Positions 1 through 12,470 are shown, counted from the first letter of the stretch. The stretch is 64,000 nt of DNA from Octopus sinensis (GCF_006345805.1 NC_042999.1:97774001-97838000); one strand, 5' to 3'. Numbers and translations are program-made. The notes: a model not told the origin generated them from the sequence alone.

Positions 1-594
1 TAAAAACCGCTACATCTACTTTGTGCAAGTTCCTCAGACTCTTTGGGAGAATATTAAAAAGCTGTGGGCCCTTGAAACCCAGGCTGTTGCAGAAGCTGGT
101 CCTGAAGCATGATGGCATTGCTGGGATCTTTGGCACTATGCAGTGTCGTCCCGTTCTAGCATTGATGTAGCTTATAATGCCAAAATTTGGCACAATTCCT
201 TCCAGGATCTTCCAGATATATATTACTGCATACCTCTCCCGTCTTCTCTCCGGGAAGTAGAGTCTTAGCTGTTTCAACCTTTCCCAGTAGCTGAGCTGTT
301 GCAAAGCGACGATCTTCTTTGTGAATTTTCTCTGGATTGCTTCAAGGTCCGCTGTTAATTTGACACTGGTGGGTGACCATAGCTGTGAGCAGTAATCCAG
401 GCGGCTGAGGACGAATGTCCGCCAGAGGACCATCATGGTTTCCTTATCTCTGGTTCTGAATGTTCTTAGGATCCACCCAGCCAGTCGTCTGCACTTTGTC
501 GCCATCCTGGCAATGTGCACTTGGAAAGAGGTTTCATCACTCATGTAGATACCCAGGTCCCTCACAGACTTAGGCTCTGGCATTGAAATTCCCT

Positions 595-597
<3 letters not shown>
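1..597 (-). mobile_element. CR1-clade LINE, 5'-truncated, C-terminal part of ORF2 (runs off window start)
   Basis: Manual minus-strand translation is open throughout: SVRDLGIYMSDETSFQVHIARMATKCRRLAGWILRTFRTRDKETMMVLWRTFVLSRLDYCSQLWSP...LSYWERLKQLRLYFPERRRERYAVIYIWKIL. These are typical CR1 post-RT motifs. The 5' end abuts (TA)n. Confidence 0.88.

Positions 598-667
<70 letters not shown>
598..667. repeat. (TA)n microsatellite
   Basis: Pure TA run seen directly. Similar TA tracts at about 1030-1110, 1380-1637, 24474-24625, 25200-25383, 32678-32802, 37640-37945, 38332-38412, 53825-53898, 62110-62230 and 62640-62708. Confidence 0.98.
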
Positions 668-670
<3 letters not shown>

Positions 671-1013
671 TACACACACATGCAGAATCGTCTATTCTTT
701 CAATTGAAGTCATAATATAATTTTCATTTATTTCGTGTATGTATGTATGTTGTGTCTATGTAATTCTGCATGTCTGTATTCATATCTATACGTATACATG
801 AATTTATGTTTCTAGGTATATATGTGCATGCGTTGAAAATTCGTATTTATGTGTATCTGATTAAAGCTGCACATATTTCTACATCTAAAACTGTATCTCT
901 AAATTTTTATCTCTAAATTTTGTGCATGGACCTGTACATCTATATATAAGTATGTATGCTTATATACATATATAGATATAGATATAGCTACAGATATGTG
1001 TGTGTGTGTCTAT

Positions 1014-1048
<35 letters not shown>

Positions 1049-1073
1049 ATATATATATATATATATAATATAT

Positions 1074-1115
<42 letters not shown>

Positions 1116-1150
1116 TATATACATGTGCTTATCTGAACATGTATGTATGT

Positions 1151-1338
1151 AAGGCGGCAAAATGCTTAGCGGTATTTCGTCTGTATTTAGGTTCTGAGTT
1201 CAAATTCCACCGAGGTCGACTTTGCCTTTCATCCGTTCAGGGTTGATAAATCAAGTATCAGTTGCGTACTGGGGTCGATCTAATTCACTGGTCCCCTTCC
1301 CCAAAATTTCGCGCCTTGTGCCTAGAGTACAAAAGAAT
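1151..1338 (+). mobile_element. tRNA-derived SINE family A (head AAGGCGGC..., core CCTTTCATCCTTTCGGGGTCGATAAA)
   Basis: Box B-like GAGTTCAAATTCC; aligns with more than 12 other copies in the window. The core resembles the Meta-SINE domain (from recall, unverified). Confidence 0.85.
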
Positions 1339-1383
1339 ACATATGTATGCATGTATGTATATGTACGTATGCATCTATGTATG

Positions 1384-1427
<44 letters not shown>

Positions 1428-1576
1428 TAGATGTATATATTTGTATATACTTGTATGTATATATATATATATTTGTATATACCTGTATGTATATATATAT
1501 ATATAATATATATATATATATACATATATATACATATATATATATATAATATATATATTATATATATATAATATAT

Positions 1577-1632
<56 letters not shown>

Positions 1633-1929
1633 ATATACGTTGGTATGCATGTGCGCCCATGTGTATGTCTGTACACTAATGTATATAAATATGCATGAGT
1701 GTGTACGTGCATGGATATAAGTTTCTTTATATATGTAGGTAAGGGTGTATGCGTGTATGTATATGTATGTGCGTGTGTGCGCGCGCGTGCATGTGAGTGT
1801 GTGTTTGTGTGAATTTGTAATAACTCGCTTATGTGCATGTATGTGCGGATATCTTCGTTCTAAAGTCATCTTCCAATGTTTTTTAAAGATAATGTATTCT
1901 TTTGAAGTTATGTTCCTTAAAAAAAAAAA

Positions 1930-2900
1930 AAACTCATTTGAAGGAAGGAGGAGGAGGAAGAAAAGATGGTGGTGGTGGTGGTGACTGCGGCGGCGGCAAG
2001 GAGGAGGAGGAGGAGGAGACGAAGGTGGCGGATGGAATGGATTTGTGTGATGAAGAGGATGGGGAGGAGAAAGAAGATGAAGAAGAAGAGGAGGAGAATT
2101 ACGATGACGAAGATGATGGAAAACAAAGATGGGTTATTAACTAAAAATAAAAGGAAAGAAAACTACAGAAAATACGAAAATACTTTTTTAAAATGAGATA
2201 ACACTTAATGTACAAACACACACACACATACACACACACAAACACACACACATTATATTAGCTCTCCCCATCAACTCCATCATCACCACCTCCATCATCA
2301 TAATCAGCGACCACCAACCATCGTCAGTATAGTCATCGTCATCATCATGAACCTTTTTCTTCTTCTTCTTCTTCCTCCTCCTGATCTTCATCGTCTACTT
2401 CGTCATCATCATCTAAATTGTTTTCAATAACATAACCATCATCATCAAGACCATCTTTGTCATCGCCATTGCTACCGTCGCCGCTATCATCATTACAATC
2501 ATCTACTATCACCACCACCACCACCACAACAACAACAACAACACAACCACAACCACAACCACTACCACCTCCTCTTCTTTTTCTTCTCCTTCTCTTCTTT
2601 CTCTTCATCATCATCACCACCACCACCACCACCACCAGCGCCATTCTTCTTTCTCTTTTTCTTCTTCCTCTTCTTTTCCCCCCTCCTCTTCTTTCCCTTC
2701 ATCATCATCATCATCATCATCATCACCAACACCACTGCCACCACCGCCATCTTTATTGTCATGCTAACTGTCGTCGACGTTGCTGTCATCAGCACCGTTC
2801 CAACCTTAATTTCTCCAACTTTATCGAAAATAATAACAACAACCACCACAATGATGATGATTATGATGATGATGATGATGATGACGACAACAGCAAAAAG
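1930..2900. repeat. Trinucleotide low-complexity mosaic (GGA/GGT/CAT/CAC/CTT/GAT)
   Basis: Alternating short trinucleotide runs that generate the spurious homopolymer ORFs. Similar tracts at 4190-4580, 13540-13920 and 59830-60010. Confidence 0.9.
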
Positions 2901-3232
2901 AAAAACACGATGTTTACCTCTCCTCCTGCCCTACCCGTTTTCGAAATCTCACCACTCAATGTATATTCACAAACTCCTTACCCCCGTCACTCGCCCTAGC
3001 CATTCCCATCATCCAACTATATTGTTTAATATTCCCCACAAATCATTTATCGGCCGAAGGAATATCTGAGAGGAAAGACTGAGAGAGAGAGAGTGAGAGA
3101 AGCGAGAGAGAGAGAGAGAGGGGGGAAGGGTAAGAGAGAATATATGGACAAAGAAAATGTGTGAGAAAATATTTTGAATGAGAAATATCTATTTGTCTCT
3201 CTCCCTCCCGTTTCTCTCCTCCTCTTTATATA

Positions 3233-3298
<66 letters not shown>

Positions 3299-3930
3299 CA
3301 TGTATGTTTGAATAAGTGTGGAGGTGTGTGTGCATGTGTATGTTTGTGTATATGCAGATATGTATATATATATATGTATGTATGTATGTATGTATAAGGA
3401 GCAAGAGAGACAGGGAGAGAAAAGAGGAGGGAACATAATGATATACAAAAATATATAAAATAAAAAGTGATATAGATAGTGTTAAGAAGAGAAAAGAATA
3501 AAGACAGATAGCTGAACAACGATTGAGATATACTGAGATGGGATGGAGGGAGAAAGAGATAGATAGAGAGAGAGAGAGATAGAGAGAGAGCGAGAGAGAG
3601 AGAGATAGGTAACTAAGTGACAAAGAGAGAAAGGGGTTACGACAATGAAGAAGGAAAGGCTGATGAATAAAGACATCTAGACGGGGAAAGACAAAGGATG
3701 TGTGAGAGAAACATGAAGAAAAGAAAGAATTGAGGAAAGGTAGAGACAGAAATAAAGGTAGCTATTGGGAGAGAAAGCAGGGGTGTAGTTACATGAAGGC
3801 ATATAGAATCCTAGAGAGGGAGAGACGGTGGAGAAAGCGAAAAGGTTGAAGCACAAAGACTAAGAGAGACATAGATACAGAGATATGGGAGAAACTTGGA
3901 AAAAAGAGAGGAGCATTGGATGTGTGTGTC

Positions 3931-3986
<56 letters not shown>

Positions 3987-4226
3987 AACAGAGAGGGAGT
4001 ATAGAGAGAAGGGAAAGTGAGGGAGTGGAAGAGACAGCGAAAGAGTTGGTGAGACAAAGAAAGATAAAGAAAAACAAAAAACCGAGATGGATAGAAAGAA
4101 AACTAAATCATGTGATTTTGCAGTTTAGATGCCGCCATTATGCCACGTCAGATAGACAAGAACGGAAATCAAAGGATCGCTTCTTCTCGCTTTCTTTGTT
4201 GGTAGTTGTGTATTGTTGTTGTTGTA

Positions 4227-4260
<34 letters not shown>

Positions 4261-4741
4261 TCTTGTTTCTTGTCGTTGTCGTCATCATTGTTGTTATTCT
4301 GGCTTTGATTGTAGTTTCGTGTCGTCCACTATCGTTATTGTGATTGCTTATTTGTTTGTGGTTTCTGTTGTTCTTGCTGCAGTTGTCGTCTCTGTCGCTA
4401 AAACCACCACCGCTTTTGCTGCTCCTCCTGCTGCTGCCACTACTCTTCATGCTGGTGTTATGGCCATGCTTGTTCGTTGTTGTTGCTGTTATTGTTATTG
4501 CTGTTGTTAATGTTGTTATTGGTGGTGGTGGTGGTGGTTTTGGTGTACTTGTGTTTGCCGCTAGTTTTGTTGTATGCGTTGTGCTTGCTGAATACTGAAG
4601 AAATAATCTAAAATTAAGGAAGCTATTTCGTATGATTTATGCTTTAGACTTTAAAGATGAAAGTCACAAGACAGGAGTTGTTTGATTCTTTCTTTATTTC
4701 TACAGTTTATTGTATTTTTTGCAGATATATGGAGCATGAGT

Positions 4742-4786
<45 letters not shown>

Positions 4787-4984
4787 GTGTGTAAGTGTGC
4801 TATTTTTGTAATATTATAATTTTCCCTTTTATTTTCTGTCACACATAACCCTCCAATCTCACGCCACCGCATTACCATCGCCTACGACGCTGTCATTTGC
4901 TTCATTATTAACGTTGTGTTGGTGTAAGAAATCTTCATCATCATTATAATCAGTAACAATTAAATATGAGTCAACAGCATTTAG

Positions 4985-5505
4985 TAAAGAGCTAGTGATA
5001 GAGAGAATTAGATCAGAGGAGGAGTTAGTTAATAAACTAGAAGAGACGATCAGAAATGACATTGCGACATCGTGGTAGAGGTTGAAATGTCTCTCGACCA
5101 TTTGTTCAAAGCGAAACACAAAGGCTGCGTTGTTAGGGCTAGAGCGCGTGCGCTAAAGCAAAAAGGAACAAAAATTGTTCGATGGGCTCGGATGGTAGAG
5201 TCATAATTTAGTCTTTGACAGGTCAGGATGGGAGAATACTGCGTGATTCCAACCAAGTGTGTGCAGCTTTCTAGCAGCACTTCGCTCAAATGCGATGAGT
5301 CACAGAGGACTATGGACTTCAATACCTACCTCGACGACATACAGCAACTCTATCACATCTGACAGCTAAACGCAGAATTCCCAATTCTGTGAGCCGGGGT
5401 GTGTTAACGTTATTGGGAAAGGACGCTAACAAACGGAATATTATTGACAATTTCCGGTCCATAACCCTGTTAAATGCGGATTTTAAAATTTTGGCTAAGG
5501 TGTAC
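4985..5505 (+). mobile_element. Decayed Tx1/L1-clade LINE ORF2 fragment (linker plus start of RT)
   Basis: Plus-strand translation SRGVLTLLGKDANKRNIIDNFRSITLLNADFKILAKV matches the RT motif NxRPITLLNxDYKILAK. Upstream part KLEETIR...LDHLFKAKHKGCVVRARARA; stops and frameshifts present. Confidence 0.78.
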
Positions 5506-5685
5506 TGAATTTGTGATGCCCCTCCCCCACCACCACCACCACTATTTATGCCCCTGTAACAAATAACAGATATCATCATCATCCTCATCATCAGCACCAT
5601 CATCATCATCAGTTAATTAGGATTTGTACCAATGTGAGTTTCGTACGAATGTTAGAAAGAAAAAATTATAATAGATTAATGTAAA

Positions 5686-6030
5686 GTATTCCGCCGAGGT
5701 CGACTTTGCCTTTCACCCTTTCGGGGTCGAAAAGATAAGTACCAGGTGAACACTGGGGTCTATGTAATCGACACATCCTCACTTCTCTCAAGCTGCCCTT
5801 GTGGCAAAACTTTGAAATAATTATGAATGTAAAGTTGTTGATTGGCAGAATTGAGAAAGAATCGAACAAAAGAAAAAAAACCTTCCGGCTCTTTTCTTTC
5901 GGATTTCAAATCCCGCCATAGCCAACTTTATCTTTCATCTCTACAGGGTGTAAAGAACTAAGAACCGACAAGCACTGGGGTCGATTTCATCCTCGAAATT
6001 CAGGCCTTGTACCAATATTAGAAACAATCG
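5686..6030 (+). mobile_element. Two tandem partial SINE family A copies
   Basis: GCCGAGGTCGACTTTGCCTTTCACCCTTTCGGGGTCGA near 5692-5730; second diverged copy about 5838-6030 ending CAGGCCTTGTACCAATATTAGAAAC. Confidence 0.75.
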
Positions 6031-6119
6031 TTGTGGTGCTGATCTTCTGTTTTCACGTGGTGCTATGACAGAATCGGTTAAGTGTCAGAGACAGTATTTT
6101 GATACGTCTCTTTACATGT

Positions 6120-6560
6120 CGATAAAATGAATGCTCGTCGTGTATTCGGAAACAATTCAATTGACAAAATTTGATCTTGTGCCAGGTATGGAATAGTGTC
6201 TTAGATGCACGCTGAGATCGTGTGATGCTAGCTAATAGGAGAGGGTAGGTAATAACCTTGCAAAGCTGCTCAGAAGTATCCAACTGCCTGACAGATACTG
6301 AATGGACATCCCAAATTTGCCAAGTATGGACATGGAGCAAACACATTGCACCATTCAGTACCTAGATAGTACACTTTCCTTTGAGGCCAGTGAATAGAAA
6401 TAGTATTGAGCGTCTTCAGTTTCAACTAGTTGACTATATAGATTACAAATGGGTTATCCGCGCAGACGACCATATAATGCATTGACAGTAACACGACTAC
6501 TAGAAGCTGAACGGGTCGTTCCAAGCATACAAAAACTACAACTACCAGACTGGTGAAAAA
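6120..6560 (+). mobile_element. Possible highly decayed hAT transposase C-terminal remnant
   Basis: Weak similarity only (LQFSTS... and PSIQKL, compared with the hAT dimerisation domain); adjacent to a hAT-type MITE. Confidence 0.25.
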
Positions 6561-6638
6561 AGTGATTGATAAGAGTGTTTGTCAATAATTTGTGCTGATG
6601 AACTCTAAAAAAGATGGTTAGATTAGAATTGATTTGAG

Positions 6639-6900
6639 CACTGGTTCTCAACTGGGGTCCATGTGACCTTTGTGGGTGGGTCTGTGTAAGATTTTATTGT
6701 TAAAATTTATATGCAATAAATGGGTTATTCTTCTACGATACATAAAATATTTCAACAACCTTTTTTAAATACAATTTCTAATAATTATTTAATTGTAAAA
6801 AATATAATAGGATTATTTAAACATCAAATGGTTATGAAGACCTGATAGAGCAAAACGGGAATCAAAAGGTCGGTAGGTAAAGAATGGTTGAGAGACACTG
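6639..6900. mobile_element. hAT (Charlie-like) MITE
   Basis: Termini CACTGGTTCTCAACT ... GGTTGAGAGACACTG form imperfect TIRs of the CAGTGGTTCTCAAC type. Flanks GATTTGAG / GGTTAGAG match 6 of 8, consistent with an 8-bp TSD. Confidence 0.72.
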
Positions 6901-6904
6901 GGTT

Positions 6905-7150
6905 AGAGATTAGCAAAGAAAAAGCAAAAAAAAGATAATAGATTCTCGGGGGAATCAAGGGAGAAAATTAGAAGAGGCGATAAGAAAAAGCCTTGTGACC
7001 GACGAGCTCGCAGTGATAATGGATCTGGGCCGTTTCTTGAACGCGTAACATGAAAGGTGCCTTGTCGAAGTTAAGCCACATTCTCTAAGACGTGAAGGAA
7101 CGAAAGCCGTTCGATGTGCTCAAATAGTAGAGACGTTGCGTGGCACAAAT
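6905..7150 (+). mobile_element. Second Tx1-like ORF2 linker fragment, paralogous to 5030-5205
   Basis: KLEEAIR...LGRFLNA*HERCLVEVKPHSLRREGTKAVRCAQIVE aligns with LDHLFKAKHKGCVVRARARALKQKGTKIVRWARMVE at about 5093-5200. Confidence 0.6.
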
Positions 7151-7168
7151 ACATAATCTGGGCCGGAG

Positions 7169-7990
7169 ATGTCCGTGTACAATTCAATTCAAAGGAAATG
7201 TGTGGTTTTCCAGCAATATTTTACTCAACTGTTTGATATGAACAGTGAAATGGAGACCATAGTGAACTTTCATGCCTACTTCGCTGGCCAGCTGCAATTT
7301 TTGGCAGATTATGCGAATACTAAGAAAGGCCGATACACAGCAACTGTAGTGCAGGGAACAAATCACTTGGTTTGGATAGTCTGCCCTATGAACTTTAAGT
7401 ATGTATGCCAAATTTGTTCGCCAACTTCTTGGTACATGTTCATTGCATTAGGCAGAATGGGGAACTTTCATGTCTGTGAACTGCAAATTAATACAGCTAA
7501 TGAAGAGAGACTGATCGAATGTATGAAGAAGGTAATTATACATTTCTAGCCCATACTTTTACTGAGTGCAGATTTTAAAGCGAGAAAACCTAAATTTGCA
7601 TGATCTCGAACAGATCCATCTACACACCCTCCATTTCATGCGATATATCGCAGGCAGGGAGGATAACAACCTGGTTTCAGCGGGGTCCTCATCAGTTTGG
7701 ATCGTACGAAAGCTTTCCAGTAAGCTTTTGTTACATGCCAACTGTCCTCACGGCGATCAGTTTCGTTCTTTTCATTCAAATGTTCAAAGACATTTGCTCG
7801 GAAGTCAAATTAAATGGCCACTTATTGAAATCAGTACGATTCATGTACTCATCCCCTCACTATTTACTAACTTTAAATCAATTGCAACGGAAACTGGTGG
7901 CTCCGAGGAGCATTCCTTTAGAAGAGCCGTGTCCGCATATGCAGGCGATATTAACTTGTACTGTCTTCAATTTTGTTTGAGCCATGATGT
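7169..7990 (+). mobile_element. Possible decayed Ty3/Gypsy pol fragment (RT end and RNase H)
   Basis: IVNFHAYF, EERLIECMKKVIIHF and MRYIAGREDNNLVSA loosely and colinearly resemble Gypsy MVNFYRRF, DRELLAIYxAVKHF and IRHIxGKDNVVADALSR. Confidence 0.38.
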
Positions 7991-8008
7991 CTAATAAAGA
8001 AACCATTA

Positions 8009-8058
<50 letters not shown>

Positions 8059-8553
8059 GAGTGAACGAGCAGTGCATGCCATCAAAGTGACACTGGGATC
8101 AAATATACGAAGTCCAGTATACCCGTCTGGTAAGGGGACACCAGGCATATGCATCACAACCATATGTGCGCAACATGGTGATCTCATATCAAGATAAACA
8201 GCGCATGTCCTTGCAGGTGGGGCTCAGTTAGAATTTTCTTCAGGTCGAGTATGCCATCCTGCTCAAATGGTCCTTGAATAAGGGCTGTTTAAGAATATTG
8301 AACGAAATGTTGAACTCCAAAGAATTCTTCTCAGCACATAGCTATGATGCTCCCCCACTACTGCTGGTGATCAGAGATGCACATATCGTCAGTCACCAAA
8401 GGACATGCTCAACTGGTTAAGATCAAACCACTGACAAGCAAATTTGTGTTATTGAGCAGAATATTTGTTGTAGCCCATCTTTTATGCCAAAGCAAAACAT
8501 GTACAAGATAACACTGCCAGTCAGTTAAAATCAGAAGCCATGCGAGCCAATGC
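8059..8553 (-). mobile_element. Non-coding interspersed repeat (probable LINE 3' UTR) embedded in (TAA)n
   Basis: About 500 bp of complex sequence flanked on both sides by (TTA)n arrays (8011-8058 and 8555-8642); no credible ORF. Confidence 0.45.
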
Positions 8554-8605
<52 letters not shown>

Positions 8606-8724
8606 ATTATTATTATTATTATTATTATTGTTATTATTATTAATGAACTATGTTGCTTCATGGAATTTTAAGTTAATCATGTTTACTATTGAACTACAAT
8701 AAGTAGTCTGAAAGGAAGAACATT

Positions 8725-9960
8725 GACTAGATTTTGCAAAGAGATTTTTCTGTACTTCATTGTATTACTGCTCTACATTGTATTGACGGCATTTTTCTTG
8801 CTGTATCAAGTAGACGTTTTTGCAATGCATTATTCCCAGGTGAAGATCAAGACTTTCAAGGTTAGTTCTCAGACATTTTGTCACTGTTCCCACGGCCCCA
8901 AAGATAACTGTGAAGCTCATGACCTTGTTAACTTGTTTGTTCCAGTACTTGAGTATTTCATACTTCAAATCGGTATAATACTCTACTTTTTTCTATTTCC
9001 ATTTTTTTTTACTCAGGTGTTAACAGGCTTGCCACGTCGATTACAATACTTAGTTTCTTATTGTTGTTAATATCCGTCATGTTGGGCTCTATTCTTCTTT
9101 TGGCTTGTATCGGAAAGCCCCACAGCAACCTCTCTTCATAGTTTTCGAGGACTTACATTTCTATTTCCATAAAATTATTACAATTTTTCTGTGAATACAA
9201 AATCAAATTACCAGCAAAAATTCCACTGTATTATTGTAGCAACCTTATCATGCCGACCCTTTTCGTATTCAGAGTTAATTGCGGACGCTCTGATGCAAAG
9301 TATTTGAGTAAGCAGTTTTGTTTATCTATCGTCCTCTGGATCCGTTTTATCCGTAGAGGCCTGTTCTTGAGCTGCCACGATCATTCTCTCCGTCTCGTTC
9401 TTCAGTAACTTTTTCTTAGCCATGGCCAGCTGTCATTCTCATCCTTTACCTTTTATGTGTTTTTTGAAAAACGTTGCGTGAAGCGTCTTTCCATTGAATT
9501 TTGCCTCTTTACCATATTTCCTGATTTTCTCTTTGGTTTCTGCACATCCTTCAAATAGTAATACGCTAATCCAATCTTAAGCAGTATTTCTCCTTTTACA
9601 CAATTGTCTTCTCTAGGCCTACTACACCTTATTTCTAACCCTCCTTTTACTCTTTCCCGGTGTAACCGGTCTGCATTAGATTAGGGATGTATGTTTCTAT
9701 GCACTGTGAGCAGCTTCCACATTTTCCTGTTGATGTCCTTCGTCACATCCTTTCTCTATTTAATAACACCTGTTTCACAACTTAATAGAGATACCTCCTC
9801 GGGCTGAGTGCTTGTATGATATTCCATGCATTAGATTTGGATTTTAGAATTTTCTTCATTCTACGTAAATATTTTTTTTATTACTGAGGATTTTCTTTAT
9901 TTCTATACTTTTGATTTTGTTACTTTCTAGTATTAACAAAAATTTCTATTTTTCTACGCT
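8725..9960 (-). mobile_element. Decayed R4/Dong-clade (RLE) LINE, C-terminal ORF
   Basis: Minus-strand motifs LKNETERMIVAAQEQA, RHDKVATI, IVIDVAS and VIFGAVGTVTKCLRTNLESL correspond to ETE..I.AAQEQA, RHD and the RLE endonuclease domain. Confidence 0.78.
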
Positions 9961-9994
9961 TTAAGTTTTCTCCACTTCATCTCTATCATTGCAT

Positions 9995-10300
9995 ATTTTT
10001 CGAAAACCCAGAATTCGGTTTCTCAAATCCAAAATGCCTTTTGGAACCTAAAAGAATATATACAAAGAGGAAAGGGTTACGGAACGGTGGCGATAAGATT
10101 TGAAACAGAGAAAGAAGCAAAAACTCACTCTCTAAAACCCCTGAAAAGTGAGGATCTCTTGTTGGTTCCTTCCTACTGCGTCAAGAGATTAGCCAAAATC
10201 CAGGCCAGCAAGTACCGCCAGAAATAGCTATTTCTTGTCTAATTGCTGCGGTTGTGGTAGACATCGAGGAAAACACAAAAATCCTTGAAATCTACTTCAC
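9995..10300 (+). mobile_element. Possible LINE ORF1 (Tx1-like) fragment
   Basis: Coding-like frame YIQRGKGYGTVAIRFETEKEAKTHSLKPLKSEDLLLVPSY with an RRM-like pattern; frameshifted downstream. Confidence 0.35.
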
Positions 10301-11039
10301 CAAAAAAAATAATAAATAATAAAAAGAGAGAGAGAGCTGATCGGGAATGGGGATAGAACTCTCATCCAGACCACTCAAAAAAATGTGACTACCATCCCAG
10401 ACTAAATGCATCTCCCAGACGGCACCATCATACCCTTTAGGAAGGAAGGAAGGAAGGAAGACCAAGAGTGTCATCTGTCTTTCGACCACACATAAATTAA
10501 AAGAGAAAAAGAATACACCCTCTCTTCTCTCAACACCAAGGAAGCCACCAACAATAGATATCAAAGCCCAAAAAGCAACAACACGAACTGCAACATCAAC
10601 AAAACAACAAAAAAAAGGACGAGGACAGGAAAACAAAACTAAAAGAAGGAAAGAAAAGGCAAAAAGGAAAAAAAATCAACAACAGACAAAAAACAACCAT
10701 CATCCACATAAAAAGTGAAGAAGAAAAGTAAAAGCGGCAAAAACAAAAAGCTTACGAAATAAACACTTCCCCACCACAGCCACCAACACAACCCATCCCA
10801 CATACACAACAATCAACAATGATAACAACAAAAGCAAGCACAAAGTAAAGAAAGTAGCATTACTAACTACATGGTAATAAACACAGAAAACGCAGATTTC
10901 ATGAATTACATAAAGATATACCATCATAACGCAGACAGTTTCTATAACACCCACAATCTCCATACCTACACACATACAAATCATTCAAAGAGCACAAGAC
11001 ACATACACCCACTAAAAACTAAATTCCCAAAGGAAATCG

Positions 11040-11286
11040 GTGACTTTATTTACATTATTTACATTTGACGGATATTTGTCCTCATCGTGTTTGTTGTTAA
11101 CACGTTTCCGCTGATATACCCTCCAGCCTTCATCAGGTGTCTTAGGGAAATTTCGAACTTTGGTTCTCATTCCTAAGGTATTTTTCAATGTTATTATTAT
11201 TATTATCATTCATGTCACTGCCTGGAATCGAACTCGGAATCTTGGGGTTAGTAGCCCGCGCTCTTAACCACTACGCCATATGCCGG
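11040..11286 (-). mobile_element. tRNA-headed element with hammerhead core; probable inverted Penelope pLTR or SINE-like unit
   Basis: Minus strand: box A TGGCGTAGTGG, loop GGG-CTACTAA-CCC, box B GAGTTCGATTCC (11214-11284); then GACAC-CTGATGA-AGGCTG...CAGCG-GAAAC-GTGTT (11099-11141); ends in (TGTAAATAA)2. Confidence 0.7.
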
Positions 11287-11324
11287 TGGGAAATTACGTT
11301 GTGAATTTTTGGGCTTATAATTAA

Positions 11325-11765
11325 GATACAAAAGATATGCGGGCCATCTAACATCAGTACGGTATTCAAGAGTAATACAAGACTTCGCAAATATCTCCTT
11401 CTAGTAAAACCACCAGTAGAAGAGAATATGACCAAAAACTGCGTGTACTCCATCCCATGCAGCTGTGGTAGGTTATACAAAGGCGAAACATGCCGCCCCC
11501 TCAAAATAAGGGTAGACGAACATCGCAAAGCTGTGACAGGAGGAGATATTGATAAAATCCGGTATAGCTGATCATGTATGGAAAAATGGAGACTACCTCC
11601 CCCTGTGGGATGAAGTTAAAATAACAGGCAAAGAGCACCACTGGAAAATATGAAAACTAAAAGAAGCAGGACATATGCCAGGACACAACAACCCCCTAAG
11701 GAGACCGAGTGCAGATATGAATAGCATATGGGATCCGGTATTATGGAAGGATAGGAAAATATTAG
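11325..11765 (+). mobile_element. Penelope-like element, GIY-YIG endonuclease fragment
   Basis: STVFKSNTRLRKYLLLVKPPVEENMTKNCVYSIPCSCGRLYKGETCRPLKIRVDEHRK...IADHVW...KEHHWKI*KLKEA, matching the PLE GIY-YIG pattern VY.IPC.C...Y.GET.R.L..R..EH. Confidence 0.88.
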
Positions 11766-11769
11766 ATTT

Positions 11770-12317
11770 AAAGGAATATAAGAGACGCCACGACAATATA
11801 GCCAGGCTTGTCTATTGGACACTCTGCAACAAGTATGGACTTGACAAAGCATAAAATTGGTACGACCACAAACCTGAAGGCATCATCGAAAATAGAAATG
11901 CAAAGATCCTATGGGATTTTATGATTCAGTGCGACCATGAGATAGAGAATGTGAAGCCGGACATAGTCTTAATTGAGAAAGAAAACAATCTATGCTGGAT
12001 CATAGATATAGCATGCCCAGCTGACAACAAGGTATGCGATAAGGAAAAAAGAAAAGTCGGAAGATATGACAGGTTAGCTTGGAAAGTTAAGCAGTTGTAG
12101 TACCAATAATTGTTGGAACCCTGGGAGAAGTGAGAAGAAATCTCGAGAAGTACATGGAACAAATAGGGGCTGCAATAAGGGTGGAGTACTCGCAGAAAAC
12201 AGCACTGCTTTGATCCGCTCGAATACTCCGGAAGGTGCTCGAAAACTAAGAGACGTTTACTGGTAGTGAACAGCTGACACCGTAGTACATCTCCAGCGTT
12301 AGAAGCTGTGCAAAAGC

Positions 12318-12370
<53 letters not shown>
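11770..12370 (+). mobile_element. R4/Dong-clade LINE 3' end with (TAA)n tail
   Basis: KEYKRRHDNIARLVYW...KILWDFMIQCDHEIENVKPDIVLIEKENNLCWIIDIACPAD...QKTALL*SARILRKVLEN*, short UTR, then (TAA)n at 12319-12370. Confidence 0.9.
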
Positions 12371-12373
<3 letters not shown>

Positions 12374-12470
12374 GAAGAAGAAGAAGAAGAAGAAGAAGAA
12401 GAAGAAGAAGAAGAAGAAGAAGAAGAAGAAGAAGAACCCATAATAATAATTATTATTATAATAATAATAA

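Noticed and set aside
2457-2999. 180-aa ORF with poly-T/P/H/D tracts resembling a transcription-factor low-complexity region
   Set aside because: Trinucleotide mosaic open in several frames on both strands; no conserved domain.
7663-7700. Minus-strand CTGATGA...GAAACCAGGTT hammerhead-like string
   Set aside because: Stems I and II do not pair convincingly, and it lies antisense within a probable Gypsy relic.
11214-11286. Functional tRNA gene (ACT anticodon)
   Set aside because: Acceptor and T stems pair poorly and it is embedded in a mobile element; treated as a tRNA-derived head.
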